Source: Amphiscolops sp. MND2022 | Taxonomy: Eukaryota | DNA: 64,000 nt | Direction of reading: 5' to 3' | Assembly: GCA_964187785.1 (NCBI GenBank) | Contig: OZ076409.1 | Location: 39,868,001-39,932,000, forward strand | Part shown: piece by piece, positions 1-13,379 of the stretch | Position numbering within the stretch: position 1 is the stretch's first letter | Layout: each line of letters opens with the position of its first letter | The notes under the pieces: generated by a model | Databases searched by the model: none | What the model saw: the letters and a program-made list of their open reading frames with translations, nothing else | What the model was told of the DNA's origin: nothing | Program-made: the position numbers and the translations under genes

Positions 1-1
1 T

Positions 2-425
2 CGTGGATTATGGTTACGCAAAGAGGAGTCTGACCTAGCTACTGAATTAGAGAAAATTGAGCGCGAGCGCAACCTTCATGTTCGTGATCTGAAGAGGCAA
101 AACGCCGAAGATGAGAGTCAGTATAGGAGTTTCCCTACTTTAAACAATCGTTATCTTCTGCTGGAGCTTCTCGGAAAAGGAGGCTTCAGTGAAGTTTACA
201 AGGCTTTCGATTTGAGAGAGCAGCAATTTGTAGCGTGCAAAATTCATCACTGCAATAAAGAATGGAGAGAAGAAAAGAAGCAAAATTACATCAAACATGC
301 ATGTCGGGAATACGAGATCCATAAACAGTTAGCCCACTCCAGGATTGTGAAACTGTTCGATGTGTTCGAAATCTCTCAAGATTCGTTTTGCACTGTCATG
401 GAGTATTGCGATGGCAACGATTTAG
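2..425 (+). CDS. TLK: Tousled-like serine/threonine kinase, coding exon (5' end lies outside the window): end of coiled coil plus kinase N-lobe
   Basis: Frame 2 is open from the window start: [79 protein letters not shown], which is diagnostic TLK sequence. Donor G|GTAAG at 425/426. Confidence 0.95.
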
Positions 426-888
426 GTAAGTTTCACCAAGTCCCTACATCTTTAGCCATTTCTCTGATGCCTTAAATGATGTAAACTATACGTGCTTCTT
501 CAAAGTGTAACTAAATCATAGTAAATTTTAAAGTTTGAAGGAATAATAGATATGAAAAGCATTTTTTGCGCCTATGAAGTACCCTCTATTTAGATGTTTT
601 TTGGAACTGAGATTTTTCTGAATTTCTTGAAACTAGCCCCGCCCCCATAATTAAGAAAAATTCCGAGAAATGCCAGCCGGAAGAACTCAAAAGGGCAGTT
701 GGGTGCAATGAAAAATTTTCGAAAAGGATTGCACAGATCCGGAAAAAAACGCAAATGGGATCCTTTGGCCTCACTGGTTTTGTAATTCACATAGAATTGT
801 AAAATTATCAGAGGAGATGGACTCTGGAGGATGTAAACAGTCGATCATGTAAGTAAGTGTGATGTTAGTAGTCTGTGAAAAATAAATT

Positions 889-1378
889 ATTAGTCGGCGC
901 TTTTCTAGTGAAAAGTGCCCGACTCTTACAGTGGCTAGTTTTTTTTCTTTTTTTTTTCGTCAGACTACAATCTCACTCTGATTGGGCCACTTTTCTTACA
1001 ATCGAAACTACTAAAACTACCATAAGGCCAAGTCAGGTCAGCGGAAATTAGTGCAAAAGGGTCCCCCCTTTCATTTTTTACTTTTTTAACGTAACCTACA
1101 AAACCGGACGAGACTAAAGGGTCCCCCTTTCGATTTTTTTTTCTCGGCATTGTGCGACTTTTTCGAAAATTTTTTAATGTCTCAAAAGAGTCCCCCTTTC
1201 GAGTTTTTTATATTTTGCAACAGAATATATGTTAATAAAGCCCGAAGGGTCCCCCTTTTACATTTTTTGGCAATATGCGACATTTTCTGAAAAAAAAATT
1301 CAAGTTTTTTTTTCAAAAAAAATTTTGCGCTTTTTGAGCCTTAGATATAGCGCCGACTTTAGACGTTCCCGTCTTGTT
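889..1378 (+). mobile_element. Non-autonomous Helentron-associated (HINE/DINE-1-like) element, family 1, in TLK intron
   Basis: 5' TT-AGTCGGCGC..GTGCCCGACT hairpin; internal AAAGGGTCCCCC repeats; 3' GCGCCGACT subTIR, GACG-TTCC-CGTC stem-loop and CTTGTT end. Confidence 0.75.
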
Positions 1379-1455
1379 TTCTCTAACGGTGACTAAATCT
1401 AAGCTCTTGATGAATTTTATAATATTTGTGGTAACCTTGCCCCTGCGTGTTTCAG

Positions 1456-2750
1456 ATTTTTGTTTAAAACAATCGAAAAATTTACCCGAGAGGGAAGCCA
1501 AGTCAGTCATTCAGCAGGTTGTCTCGGCCTTGAAGTATTTGAATCAACTGAAGAAGCCAATCATCCATTACGATTTGAAGCCCGCTAACATCCTCATGGG
1601 CAAAGACTCACATGCAGGAGAGATTAAGATTACTGATTTTGGACTTAGTAAAATCATGGACGAGGAAACTTACAGTGAGACTCAAGGTGGCATTGAACTT
1701 ACGTCTCAAGGAACTGGCACTTATTGGTATCTACCACCGGAGGTGTTCGACGATGCTGCACAGGGTCCAGTCGTGATTTCTTCCAAGGTCGACGTGTGGA
1801 GCGTCGGTGTTCTTTTTTATCAAATACTGTACGGCAAGAAGCCATATGGGCATAATGAATCACAAGCAAGTATTTTGAAGAATGACACCATTAGAAACGC
1901 AGGGCCAGTGGAGTTTCCAGCCAAACCAACAATTTCACCTGAAGCAAAAAATTTCATCCGTCGTTGTCTGCAGAGAGTGCATCAACGACCCGATGTTCTC
2001 ACACTTGCCAATGATGAGTACCTAGTGCCGCCAAACAGGAGCTACAGCAGATCCATGAGCAGTTCAACGGCGGGAGGCGGTAGCAATCATGCTGCCAACT
2101 CGGCATCTACCGCCGCCAACCAGGCCTCTTTTGGTGCAGCATCTGTTGCGAGTTCTGCTCTCAACAACCAGGTGAACTCAGGTGCGTCTTCTGTCGCACC
2201 TGGCAGACAACACCTGAACAACCATACCATCAGTGGTGCTAACTCCGCAGCCTCCGTCATACATAACACTGCGGCGGCTGCTACAGGGGCTGCTAACAAC
2301 AATATGCCACCTGCACTACAACATCTAGATAATAATTGTTCGTACGCGGCCACGTCCACTGTAGCCCCAACACAGTCCACTTCCGTTTATCGTTCCTCAA
2401 TCGACCAACAGCAGCAGCAAACTCCTCAGCAACCCATTAATAATTTTTCACCACAAGTTTTTCAATCAACAGCCCCTCCCCCTGCTGCGCCCACCCATCT
2501 AGCCAACCACCACTTGGGGTCCGGCAAATCTTCATCGGTAGCTAATATTATTCAGAACCCTAGTAACACGTCTGCAGCCACGTTGCTTATTGCTTCCGCG
2601 ACATACCCCAATGTGAGTGCTGGAGTCAACTCCTTGTCCTATAGTAATAACAACGTCTCAAACAGTGCATCCGCCGCTGCCTCAGCCGGCGGAGCAGCAA
2701 CCAACGGGGCGGCACAGGTGCCTCCTCAACATATTTATACAGCCAACTAA
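1456..2750 (+). CDS. TLK: Tousled-like kinase, last coding exon: kinase C-lobe plus ~240-aa Ala/Ser/Asn/Gln-rich tail
   Basis: Acceptor TTTCAG| at 1455 joins in phase (GNDL-D-FCLKQ). Motifs [45 protein letters not shown]. Stop TAA at 2748-2750. Confidence 0.95.
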
Positions 2751-4361
2751 TTGATGTTGATTCTGGTGCTGTTGACATCGTAGGTTGTGTTGGCTAGTGC
2801 AACTCACTAATTTGTGGATAAATTGTTGCGCCCTATTCCTTAAGTGTCAATGTTACGAATACTGTCGTGTCTCCATGGGGATCGCCCATCGTCGCCACTA
2901 CCAACACCATCGCAGCCTACTCGAGTTGACCAAGCAAACGTTGTTAGGATGGCTAATGCAAAAACAATTAGAATTGCTTGTAGCCTACTCATGATTTTGA
3001 TTCTAGTCTTTTAAATGACTGCTTGACGTAAGAACTACTTTGTGATAATTTTACTTTGATAAATTTGCGCGAAAAATGGACACTGAAACATGCTGATATC
3101 ACCCAATTTTCCAGCAAACACGCTTAGTATACTGATGGCGCTACCATATGGACTGTTATACGTAACGTACTTATGTTATTCATTAAAAGGCAAATAGAAA
3201 TTGATGGCGGCAGTGCTTGTCACAGCCATCCAGTTTTTTGATGCTTCCACTGGATCGTTCTTTCCGAATGATCTGGTAGTTGCTGTGATTTCGATGGTTC
3301 TCTGATTGTTCTCTATTCGATTCTTTATTCATTGTGCAACCATCAACTTTGATCGAATGTGAATTGAGCAGCCCCTGCTTTTAAAGTATTTTTATTTAAG
3401 TAAATTCACTCAAAATATTTTGTTTCCAAACTCCGTTTTCATTCTTCATCATTTCGTCAAGTTTTCAGTTTTCATTGTGCGGCTGTCTCAGTAATATTGA
3501 TGGAAAATTTGGTAGGCGGAAGCGTATATCCAAATGCTAATATTACGTCAGAAAGTATGAATAAGAAACTTCGGTTTAGGTTACAATAGCGTTCTAAATT
3601 GAATGAAATTTCAAAATAGAAAAACTCGAATTCAAAATTATGAAAAACGTAGCCAATAGGGAGGTATCATCAGCTACAAACCGTCCGTCAAATTTGTCTT
3701 AGTGTATTAAAATATTTGAAATTTCTACGCTGTATATATCAAACGTAGTAAATTTGAGGAACATTTCATCCAATTTTTGTTTCTGAATTTTCGAGGACTT
3801 GAAATCATTTTTTTGGAAACTCTGTTCATTTTCAGATCTCCCGAGCCCACTGAATTGTCTTTGATTTTCAAAATAAACGTACAATATTTTGTATCTATGA
3901 GCACGCTTGTTTTCTGTGAAAAAGTTAATGTGAAAGTTCATTTCACCTACTCGTATTTTGATTTACTGTTCATGTGTAGAAGATTATTGTCCATCATTCG
4001 AGAAAAAAGTTCATTTTTGGATTTGGAAAATTTCAGTGAAACTTATTCGGTATGCGAATTCTAAGGATTCAAAGTGGGATTTAATACGGAGAAAATTATG
4101 GAGAAGGATTAACCTTTTGTTCGAAAAAAACAATCCTAACTTTCGTTGGTTTTCTCTAGTCTGTTTTCTGAATTTTCACTCTTCATTTTCTTTTTCACTA
4201 CCGAAAAACGGTGTAACAAAAACATTTTTCGTATAACGTAGTCGTATTGATTGTTGGTGCTTTCGTTAGAAAACGCAGACTTTAGTAGTGGCTTTTTGAA
4301 GATCCGCGAACAGACAGATTCATAAAATCTATGAGTATCCTTTTGGTCGCACTTTTTCATT

Positions 4362-4455
4362 TGCTGCTTGGCCTAATGGTTATCGCGGGTGTCTGTGCGT
4401 GGTGACAGTGGCTTGAGAACGGGAGCTCGGGGGTTCGAATTTCGCCCTGGGTTAA
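4362..4455 (+). repeat. tRNA-derived (SINE-head-like) segment with Pol III A/B boxes, not an intact tRNA
   Basis: TGGCCTAATGG (A box) and GGTTCGAAT (B box). A related segment lies on the - strand at ~7235-7302. No complete cloverleaf. Confidence 0.45.
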
Positions 4456-4999
4456 AATTTTCAATTTTCAGTTTGTAAAGCTAGACTGAAGTAAAAGGTC
4501 CCTGGGTGGATTTTTAATCACTGTGCAACTTTTCTGGAACGAAATTCATTTCATCCTTGGAATTTTGCAACTTTTTGAAAAAACTTTTCCCATAAATTAG
4601 GGTTTTTTGATGTTTTTAGGTAAGGGATAAAGAGTGGTTATAGCTGTGGTATTTTTCTAATTTACAACGTACAAAAATTGGCTTCCGAAATTTTGGTTTG
4701 CCCAGCTTCAACTTTTTTCATTCACCTGGAAACATGTTTGAAACAAACGAGTAATCGGCAAAAAAGTAACAGTAAAAGTGAAATTTTGCAAAAATTACAT
4801 TTAAACAACGTTTTTTTGCCCATATCTGAGCAACTGTTTCCTAAGTTACTGTCGCACTCGAGTAACACCATCAAAAACGTCCGCCATTGAAAACCTAATT
4901 GGAAGATTTTCAATGAAGCCTCAGCTATGAGTACGACCGGCATTTGAAAGGCCCGCATCGCTGTGTTGGCGCTAACTATTGTGAATTTGAAAGCTTAGG

Positions 5000-6480
5000 T
5001 AAAGGGCTTTCGGAACAGGAAACCTATCAGCTGCGGCTACTATTCGTGGAGAAATGAAGCTTCCTTTGTCCTTTTTCCAACTTCTCGTTGTACTAATGAG
5101 GTTAAAAATCGATTCGTTGCTGAAAATATCGCCAATGAAGTAGAAAGGGTAGAAAACAGCCTGTCTACTCTCGTGGTAAGATATCCCCCATCATAAAAGA
5201 CGTACGTACACATACCAATGCGACGCCGACTACCTGGTGGTATCGAGGTATGTCTGCTTAAATCAACATGACCTGCACTCCAGTGCTGTAGTTGCTTATA
5301 AGATTGGACTGTCGTCCTCTTGCAACCATGTTTCATTGAATCCAATTATTGTTGGAGTGTTTTTTGAGATATTAATGAATTAAATTCCTTGAAAGCCAGT
5401 TTTGATGAACAGACCACTAAGATTTTTCTTTGTCTTAGTCTTGTTGATTTTTGAAAAGAGCTGTTGCAAAATCAAGTTTCGGTTTCATAACAGGTACCCT
5501 GAAATTTGGAGTCTGGTATATGAAAGGATTTTAGATCAGAAGTCAACTAGCTTTGAAGCTCCTAGATCTCTTTTCTTTCGTTAGCAGATGAATTTTGTGA
5601 AGCAGTTCCCTTCCATGTATCAAGAAGTTGGTTGTAATGATCGGTATTGTGTTTGAAATAAGACCCGGTAGCCTATTTCGGCAAACTCTTGTTTTTGTTA
5701 TTTCTCATATATATTTGTTGAAAGTTGGTCCAGTTTCAACTGTTCCAAAGCATGAATGCTTCATGAGTGATGTGAGTTGCACTAATTTCTGGTCCTAGTC
5801 GAATGTTGCCCATTTTCAAAGTGCCGTCTGTTTGGTTGTTTGGGATCTACTTTAGCATGGGCACAATCAAATCATTGTGTTTGAACTAGATAGTCACTGC
5901 ATGTATCGAGATAGCGACTGAATACTCGAAAGAGCTGAACTCAGCTTGGAATCCTTGTATTGTATCTTCGCTCCCATTGTGGTGTTGTCTAAACGTAAAT
6001 AGAATGGTTTATCTAGGACAAAGTTAAACTTTCGGTTGTATTCTTTCATTTGCTGTCGAGATCAGCTGCCTCCCTATCAGCGTACCTATTTCAGCTTGCA
6101 CCATTTCATATTACTTGCTTTTTCTTGCTCCGATTATTTTTATCCGCATATTGCAATTTCGAATTTATCTTGGAAGATCTGAAAAAAATTGACAGGTTGG
6201 TAATTATTTTCAGTAGTTTAGGCCTGCTGAGATTATTCTTAAGGTGAATTGATGGACACATAGTTTAGATTTGATTTTCTCAAAGGTGTCAGTTTTGTAT
6301 CTCCTGAATGGGTTTCTTTATGACTGCTCCAAGTTTTTGTTTTCTCAGCTTCGCTCCTAAATTAACGCCATTGTTGGTGTTAACAATCTTTAACTTTGAC
6401 TTCGATTTTAAATCGGCACCGAATTTCCAACGAGAAACGTGGGCTCATTCGTTTCGAACTTGCACTTTGAGATCCTAAGT
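5000..6480 (-). mobile_element. Highly degenerate LINE-like reverse transcriptase relic
   Basis: Minus-strand remnants NNYQPVN (NYRPIS-like), FRQHH..QGF..VAI and EFAE (FADD-like) appear in the expected order, with many stops and frameshifts. Confidence 0.35.
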
Positions 6481-6563
6481 TGTTTTTTTTTCATATGCTA
6501 AAAATTTTCGGCTTAAATAATTGAGCTCGTGTAGTCTAGCATGTTTCAAAAAACGCCGTTTCT

Positions 6564-6654
6564 TGGAAACCGGAGGTATCTGACAAAGTCAAGGTTTTCA
6601 GAAACGAAGATTCTTTCTGAAAACCTTGACTTTGTCAGATACCTCCTGTTTCCA
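6564..6654. repeat. Near-perfect ~41-bp-arm inverted repeat (hairpin), probably the core of a MITE
   Basis: TGGAAACCGGAGGTATCTGACAAAGTCAAGGTTTTCAGAAA / TTTCTGAAAACCTTGACTTTGTCAGATACCTCCTGTTTCCA with one mismatch and a 9-nt loop. Confidence 0.9.
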
Positions 6655-7395
6655 CTACATGAGAAACTCAGCATGAAAGAAGTTTCACCACGTTTTAGAA
6701 AAGCTGCTTGGGATCTTGTCTTTTGTTCCGTGACGTTGTAATCTCGACCTCTAAAGTGTTGTTTTGAAGTAACTACCATCCAGGCATTACAATTTTTCAG
6801 GAGTGGTTTAAACTTTCTCCACGGTTGCTTTTTTTTCAATTCTAGGAAAGTTAACCTGTTTCGCACTAGTGAAACAGAATTCAACAGAAGTGTTTAACAA
6901 GCCGGGAAATAGTCATCGTCAGCTCAAGGGTTAAAAGAGCAAATTGTTGTAAATAGTCAAAGAGAAAACTATTGTGAAACTTGGTATTTACCAGTTTCCA
7001 AAAGAAACACGAAGGGGTACCTTGAGACTGAAAACTGCTTTTCCTCTAAAAGGGTCTTTTAAAAAACAAAATTTTTTCGGGGAAAAATAATTTTCTCGAA
7101 GTCGCACGGTGTCGAAAACCCAATTAGGAGAGACCTTTCAGGCTTTCCAAACCGAATCAAATGAAAATTTTATCGAAAAGTTGCACGTTGCCGAAAATGA
7201 AAGGGTTTACTTTTGCGGAAAAAAATATTCATCCCTGTTTTCGAACCCTTGAACTTCTGCTCTTCCGCCACTGTCGCTTCCGCGCTAACCACTGGGCCAG
7301 TTAAAGTTATACACATTTATAGAAATCTGTCAGTTCGCTGGTCTTAAAAATGAAAAGCCATTACTATAGTCTACGGAAATGCCTATAAAAAGAAA

Positions 7396-7943
7396 AACAA
7401 GCCGAAAACGGCCAAAGTCGGCGCCATATCTAAGGCTCAAAATTTAAAAGGGGGACCCTTCGGGCTTTGTGAAACTCCAGCTGGTTGCAAAAAATTTTAA
7501 AAATTGAAGGGGGGACCCTTTGGAGACATGAAAAAATTTCCCAAAAAAAAATTTTTTGATGAGATTTTTGAACAGTGTCACAGTGCCGAAAAATGTAAAA
7601 GGGGGGACCCTTTGCGATTTTTTGACATCCATTGTGTTGCAAAACATCAAAAAAATTGAAGGGGGGACCCTTTGGGGAAAAAATTTCAATCCAAAAAGTT
7701 TCAAAAAGTCGCATAGTTCCGAAAAAAGTGGGGGGATCCTTAGTGTGATTTCGAGGTTGTGGACGTCTGTTTTGTTTTTTCTTTTCGTTTTGGACGCGCT
7801 TCTGAGGTTGGAGTTGTTGAGGTTTGAAATTGTTGAGGTTTGAGGTTGTTGAACAAATGAACAAAAAAGTGGACCTTTCGTGTCTAAAAAAAACTACCCA
7901 CTGTAATAGTCGGGCACATTTTCTACTAAAATGCGCCGACTAA
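7396..7943 (-). mobile_element. HINE-like element, family 1
   Basis: AACAAGCCG..CGGC-AAAGTCGGCGC..AAGGCTCAAAA at the left end; CACTGTAATAGTCGGGCAC..GCGCCGACTAA at the right end; GGGGGACCCTTT core repeats. Confidence 0.75.
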
Positions 7944-8033
7944 CAAGTACTATAATCTGTGTTTTTTAACGAAAAGGTTTTAGAGCGTTGATCAACTAAA
8001 GGATTTATTGTATACCTTTTCTATCCTTTTTAA

Positions 8034-8489
<456 letters not shown>

Positions 8490-11057
8490 GTGATATCCTA
8501 GCACGGTTTAAACAACTGGATACGTAATCAGCAAGAAAATACTAATACTCGACAGAGCAGGATGACGAAAGGAAGAAAAACTCTCGGAAGACTTGACTTT
8601 CTTGGGATGTTTATTTGATGGACATAATGTGGATCAACCAATAAATCTGTATTAACACGTTTTTTTTTGTTTGCTCTGAGGTAATTTCGGGGGTTTTGAA
8701 AATCCGCGAACAAACATACTGTATATACCGCTCACTAAGATTAGGGGTGTAGTTATTTGGTTAATGAAACCTTTAAATCGTCGTTTTATCTCGCAACAAA
8801 ACAATAGTTCGATGGTTTTCGTTGTCATTTTATTTCCAACGGTCCTTCCGAAGTGTCAGAAAAATAGTTGTACTTACAATGGAAGTGGGTACCTGAACCT
8901 TTTGATGTTCATCAAGAAGTTGCAAATTTCATGTTCTCAAAATGTTTGAAGTAAACTTTTAACCTAAAGATATCCTTTTATTGGGTTTAAACATGATCAC
9001 TCGGTTTCTAAACTTTCAGTTAGTTGGTGAAAAGTTTAAGTGAAAGTTGAATCGTTCTCATTTTGAAAAATTAAGAACCTTGTGCGTGAGGATCCTTCGG
9101 CTTGTTCGAAATCTCCAGAAAAAATGACGCACTTCTTGTACGTGAAATTTTATATCACTGTATAAAAATAGAAATTTTGAAATAAATACCATGGTTTCGT
9201 AATTTTTGTCGTTAGGTGATTTCCGTTTTTGAACTTCTTAGATAACATCCGCCTGCTTGATATCGTAATTGTTTTTAGCTTCATTCTCGATTTTCGTCCA
9301 GTGCCTGAAAAGTTATCATTATCCTTTATTTTGTAATCCATTCGATTAATTCGATGCGGTCATGACCCTTGACTGGTTATGCGAGACTTTATTGCCGTCT
9401 TTTTGAGCTTGAACTGTTTCTCCTCATTGGAGAAAATTTTGTATTTTCAGCTAAAAATGTTGATCTAAAGTTTGTGAAAGCGATCAAGTGGTTCAATGCA
9501 TTTGCAACGTCCCCTGAGGATGCAGAAAGCGAACCTAATGAAACGAAAGGTATGGTAACTCTATCACTTTCGAGTTTTTGTTCTAGGAGTGATATTATGA
9601 AGTTCTACCCCTCGCTCTCAAGAATTGAGTCATACTTGGTTTTACATACTCAATCTGTGTACGTACTTTTTGGTATTTATATTTTTTAATCATACTGATT
9701 TCGCTACGTAGTCTCTTGTACAAGCAATCTCATTTTTCACTTCAGCTTTCATCAAGTTGAGCCGAGAGTTCTGCAAAACCAATTTTTTCTCTTTACTAGA
9801 CCATTAAGTCATCATATGGTTACTTGTTTTTGTTTGCCTGAAGAAATTCTTTATAATCAAATCAACTCCGAAGCGTATTCATAGATACGGTGTTGCAATT
9901 TATTAGAAGCATAAGTAACACCAAGATTTCTGACAGTTGTCGGCGTTTCATCTCAATTTGACCTTGCGTTCACTGTTGAACCTTTTCGGTTCTACCGTGC
10001 AGTGTTTTATGTGCCAACATTTCTTAAGTTGTTGATTTTTTTCATGATTGGTACAAAGCAACGTGTACAGTGAACCTGTTATACTTTACATTTATATTTT
10101 GCCCATGAATAAAGTAGTTCCGGATCAATCAACTCTAGTTTGTGAGCAATGTTTCGTTCTGTTGGTGGCTTCGAACGATCTTCAGTTCTACAGTACCTAA
10201 TTATGAGTCGTCTATTACGTTGACGAATGACAATAAATCATGTGACATACTTGCTTGTTTTGCCTGTCGCATTTGATTATAGACTGTCATTGCTATATTT
10301 ATAAATAATATAGCTTTTGTCTCATTTAGCGCTTTCTTTGGATATGGTGCTTATTGCGAAGGAAAAACCTTCATATTTTCCTAATCCATTATTCAAGTTA
10401 GTTAGCTTTGAAATTCTTGCTTCAAACCAAGCAAAAGCATCTTTTTTGGTTTTTTGGTTGACCTGTGCTGATCTTAATCGTTATTTTCGGGCATATGCTC
10501 TGAAAGTGAAGTTTTTTGAACTATAAGTATTAAGCCTAGTTGAAAGTACATTGAGTCATGGTTGAAAACGGAAAATTTGCTAGCGTGAAAAATCTGCCAA
10601 GTTGATATACGAAAGTACAAGTTGTCCGACTAAATCAATGTTTTAAATGGATGTGACTTTTTTCGTTCGTGAAAAAACTTGATCACGTGAAAATTGATCG
10701 CTCGTGAAAAAAAACTTCGTGAAAAAACAAGAAGATGCTTCTAGGCAATTGCTTTTTTGTCATTTCCTGTTATCTTTTGCCGAAGTTGTTTTGCTTTCAC
10801 TTCAATCATAGTGCCAGTTTTTATTGGAATGTTAAAAGCGTTAAAAGTGACCAGAAAATTAATTGTGTTTCTGATTGGTTCGATTAAAATTTTCCCCATA
10901 AGTTGAGCCACAGTTTAATGCTAAAATGTAAATACTAAGTCACAAATACGTTTTCTTACCATCTCTATCAGACAGGAATAGATTTAATCAAGCTATTTTT
11001 GTCAGGAGCAATTTGTTTCTTGGTTAGTCACAACCAAAAATGTTTGATTAGCATTAT

Positions 11058-11478
11058 TGGTCGTCTCTTTCTTAGAAAGTGCAGACTACAGTAGTGATTT
11101 TTTCAAACACCATAAACTGACAGATTTTTATAAAATCTACCAATTTCCTGCAGCCACGGAGTAGAAATAAGGCACAACCAAACAGAAAATTACATACTTT
11201 TACGCTGTTTGCAAAGCTAGACGACACCAAAATGTCCCCTCTTTTGAGTTTTTCACGACTGCACGAATTTCAGATTTTTTTTTGTATCGCTAAAGGTTTT
11301 CACCTTTGTTTTTTTTTCAAAGTTTTCAAGTTAGGAAAATGATTTTTGAGCCCCAATGTTTCTCTTTGGGTATTTTTGGCACTGAGATTCAAGGGGATTT
11401 TCTTGAATAGTTTCCTGTAGCGTAATTGAAAAACTGCTCCAGTGGAGCGCCGACTTAGACCGTTCTTGGCGTGTTTTT
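11058..11478 (+). mobile_element. Degenerate HINE-like family 1 copy
   Basis: Decayed 5' hairpin, AAATGTCCCCT core, and 3' GGAGCGCCGACTTAGACCGTTCTTGGCGTGTT end. Confidence 0.5.
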
Positions 11479-11676
11479 CATCGGTATCCTTAATTTGAGA
11501 AATGGTTGACGGACACGCCATGATAATTAATGAAACTTTAATCGGCGCTTAATGAAATGAAATGCGAATGTTATAATGCTTTTTCGTCGTTTTTTTTCAA
11601 TTCGGTCTAAGTTACTATGAAAGTTTACAAAATGCCAGAATCATCTGAAGTGTCCTCCATTTTATTTTTAAACATA

Positions 11677-12799
11677 CACTATTATGTGGACAAAATGTTT
11701 TTAACCATCAGAATGTTTACAATATACACCATAAAACTAAATATAACACAACATATTCGTCAATTTTTAATAATGAGTTGGCATGGACTGATACAATTTT
11801 CGGATATATTCCAGGTACATTTGCCCAAATACTGCAGCTAGTTTCCTCTAATTTCTCAAAGGGCATTTGCATGGTTTGCAGCTGTTTTTTCACGTAAGAC
11901 CAAGCATTTTCTAACTTGTTGAGGTCCGGGCTGTTAGCAGGCCAGTAGACCTGACCAACTCCATTTTCTGTCTTCCATTCTTTGACAATTTTTGCCCGAT
12001 GTATCGGGCAATTGTCATCTATGAAACGCAAGTTGTAAGAAGGCAAATTTTGAATTCCAGCTGTCTCTAAAATTGACATGTACTCCCGGGCGTTACAGCG
12101 ATCTGAAGTTTTCTTAGGGGCAAGACACCATTGTAACTAATTGCTCCCCAAAATTGAACTGAACGGCGATCATTCTACCTCGACACTGTGCACTGATTGT
12201 TGCACCTTTCACCAGCCAATCTCCAGACACATACTCTCCGATCACTCCGTAACTTAAAGCGACACTCGTCAGAAAATACATACCTTGACCATTCCTCGGT
12301 ATTCATGTACTTATTTTCATTTACCCATCTCAGACGGTCCAAGCAAATCTTTGCCGTCAAAAAAATCTTCTTGACTGCTGCTCTTCCTACCATATTGTGC
12401 CGTTTCAAAAGTCGCCGAATCATTTCTAGCACACCGTAGTTTTGACCCTGAAGCTGTTGTACTCACGGATTTGCTTGCAGGATAAGAATCGATTTTTCTT
12501 TCATTTTTCTCATTGCGAAGACTTCTCTTTCGTTCAGTTTTCTCGGACGCCCAGTTGACTTTGACAGCTGATCCTTCGTGCAAATAATGCTGGTATACTC
12601 GATAAGCTGTCGCCTTGCTATTCAATCCAAGTGGTTTAACGATATCCAAAAATTAACTTTTTTCCCGAAGAGCAATGATTTGATTGTTTTTCTAACGAAA
12701 CTTGTTTCCCCATGTTTTTTAAAATACGAAACCAAGCTTAGTTAAAACGGAAATGAAATTATGTGAGCAGAAAGTTGAAAACCTTTTGTCCACATAGTG
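11677..12799 (-). mobile_element. Tc1-type DNA transposon with a frameshifted DDE transposase (pseudogene)
   Basis: Minus-strand ORFs contain WSRYVFSDECRF (D1), FIDDNCPIH (D2) and WPANSPDLNKLENAW (SPDLNPIE-like E). Imperfect TIRs: CACT(att)ATGTGGACAAAATGTTTTTAAC / GTTGAAAACCTTTTGTCCACATAGTG. TA at the left flank. Confidence 0.9.
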
Positions 12800-12934
12800 T
12801 TACTTATTCGGTTTTCAAGCCATATGTGGTTTCATTTGCCGAGTTGTGTTACTTTCGAAAAATTTTGAATTTTTCAAAAGGTTTCCCAATTTGTCATTTT
12901 CCGCCCACATAAAAGAGGGGGGACATTCGTTTTG

Positions 12935-13196
12935 TGATGCGTTTTTTCCAAATTCTGCCAAAACTTCACTTAGTTATTTGACTGTTCTTTAGTTGCTTGA
13001 CTATTTTACTAGTAACTTTATTTTTAGCGGAAAATATCCCGGTGCTTAGCGGGGGTCTGCAAAACTTTTTCGGAAACATTCTTTAAAAAAGACGCCCGCT
13101 AAGCACCGGGATGTTTGCCGCTAATAATATAGTCACTAGTAAAATAGTCAAGTAAATAAATCAAGTTTTGGCAGAAATTGGACAGAAACGCATCAA
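12935..13196. mobile_element. Long imperfect palindrome (MITE/foldback)
   Basis: TGATGCGTTTTTTCCAAATTCTGCCAAAACTT..TTGACTATTTTACTAGT..ATCCCGGTGCTTAGCGGG is mirrored by CCCGCTAAGCACCGGGAT..ACTAGTAAAATAGTCAA..AAGTTTTGGCAGAAATTGGACAGAAACGCATCA. Confidence 0.8.
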
Positions 13197-13379
13197 TATC
13201 TTGAAAGCGTCCGCATTATGGGTTTTAGCATGAAGGCGACTTTTCCCAGAAAAATTTCGTTTCATCGAAGTGTTTCTTCGACCTTTTTAGCCACTGAAAA
13301 GCACTTTGAAGCTCAAAGGGTTTTTCCGGCGCTGTGAAACATTTCCATGAAAACAGCCATTAACCATTATCACGAGTTG

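Noticed and set aside
1374..1455. N-terminus of the 458-aa ORF as coding sequence
   Set aside because: Intronic; the true exon starts at the acceptor at 1455
4362..4455. Functional tRNA gene
   Set aside because: A and B boxes are present but the acceptor and anticodon stems cannot be folded, and the segment is repeat-associated
9369..10000. hAT transposase remnant
   Set aside because: Only faint motif echoes (FYPSL, FS.L..IKS), too decayed to list as a feature
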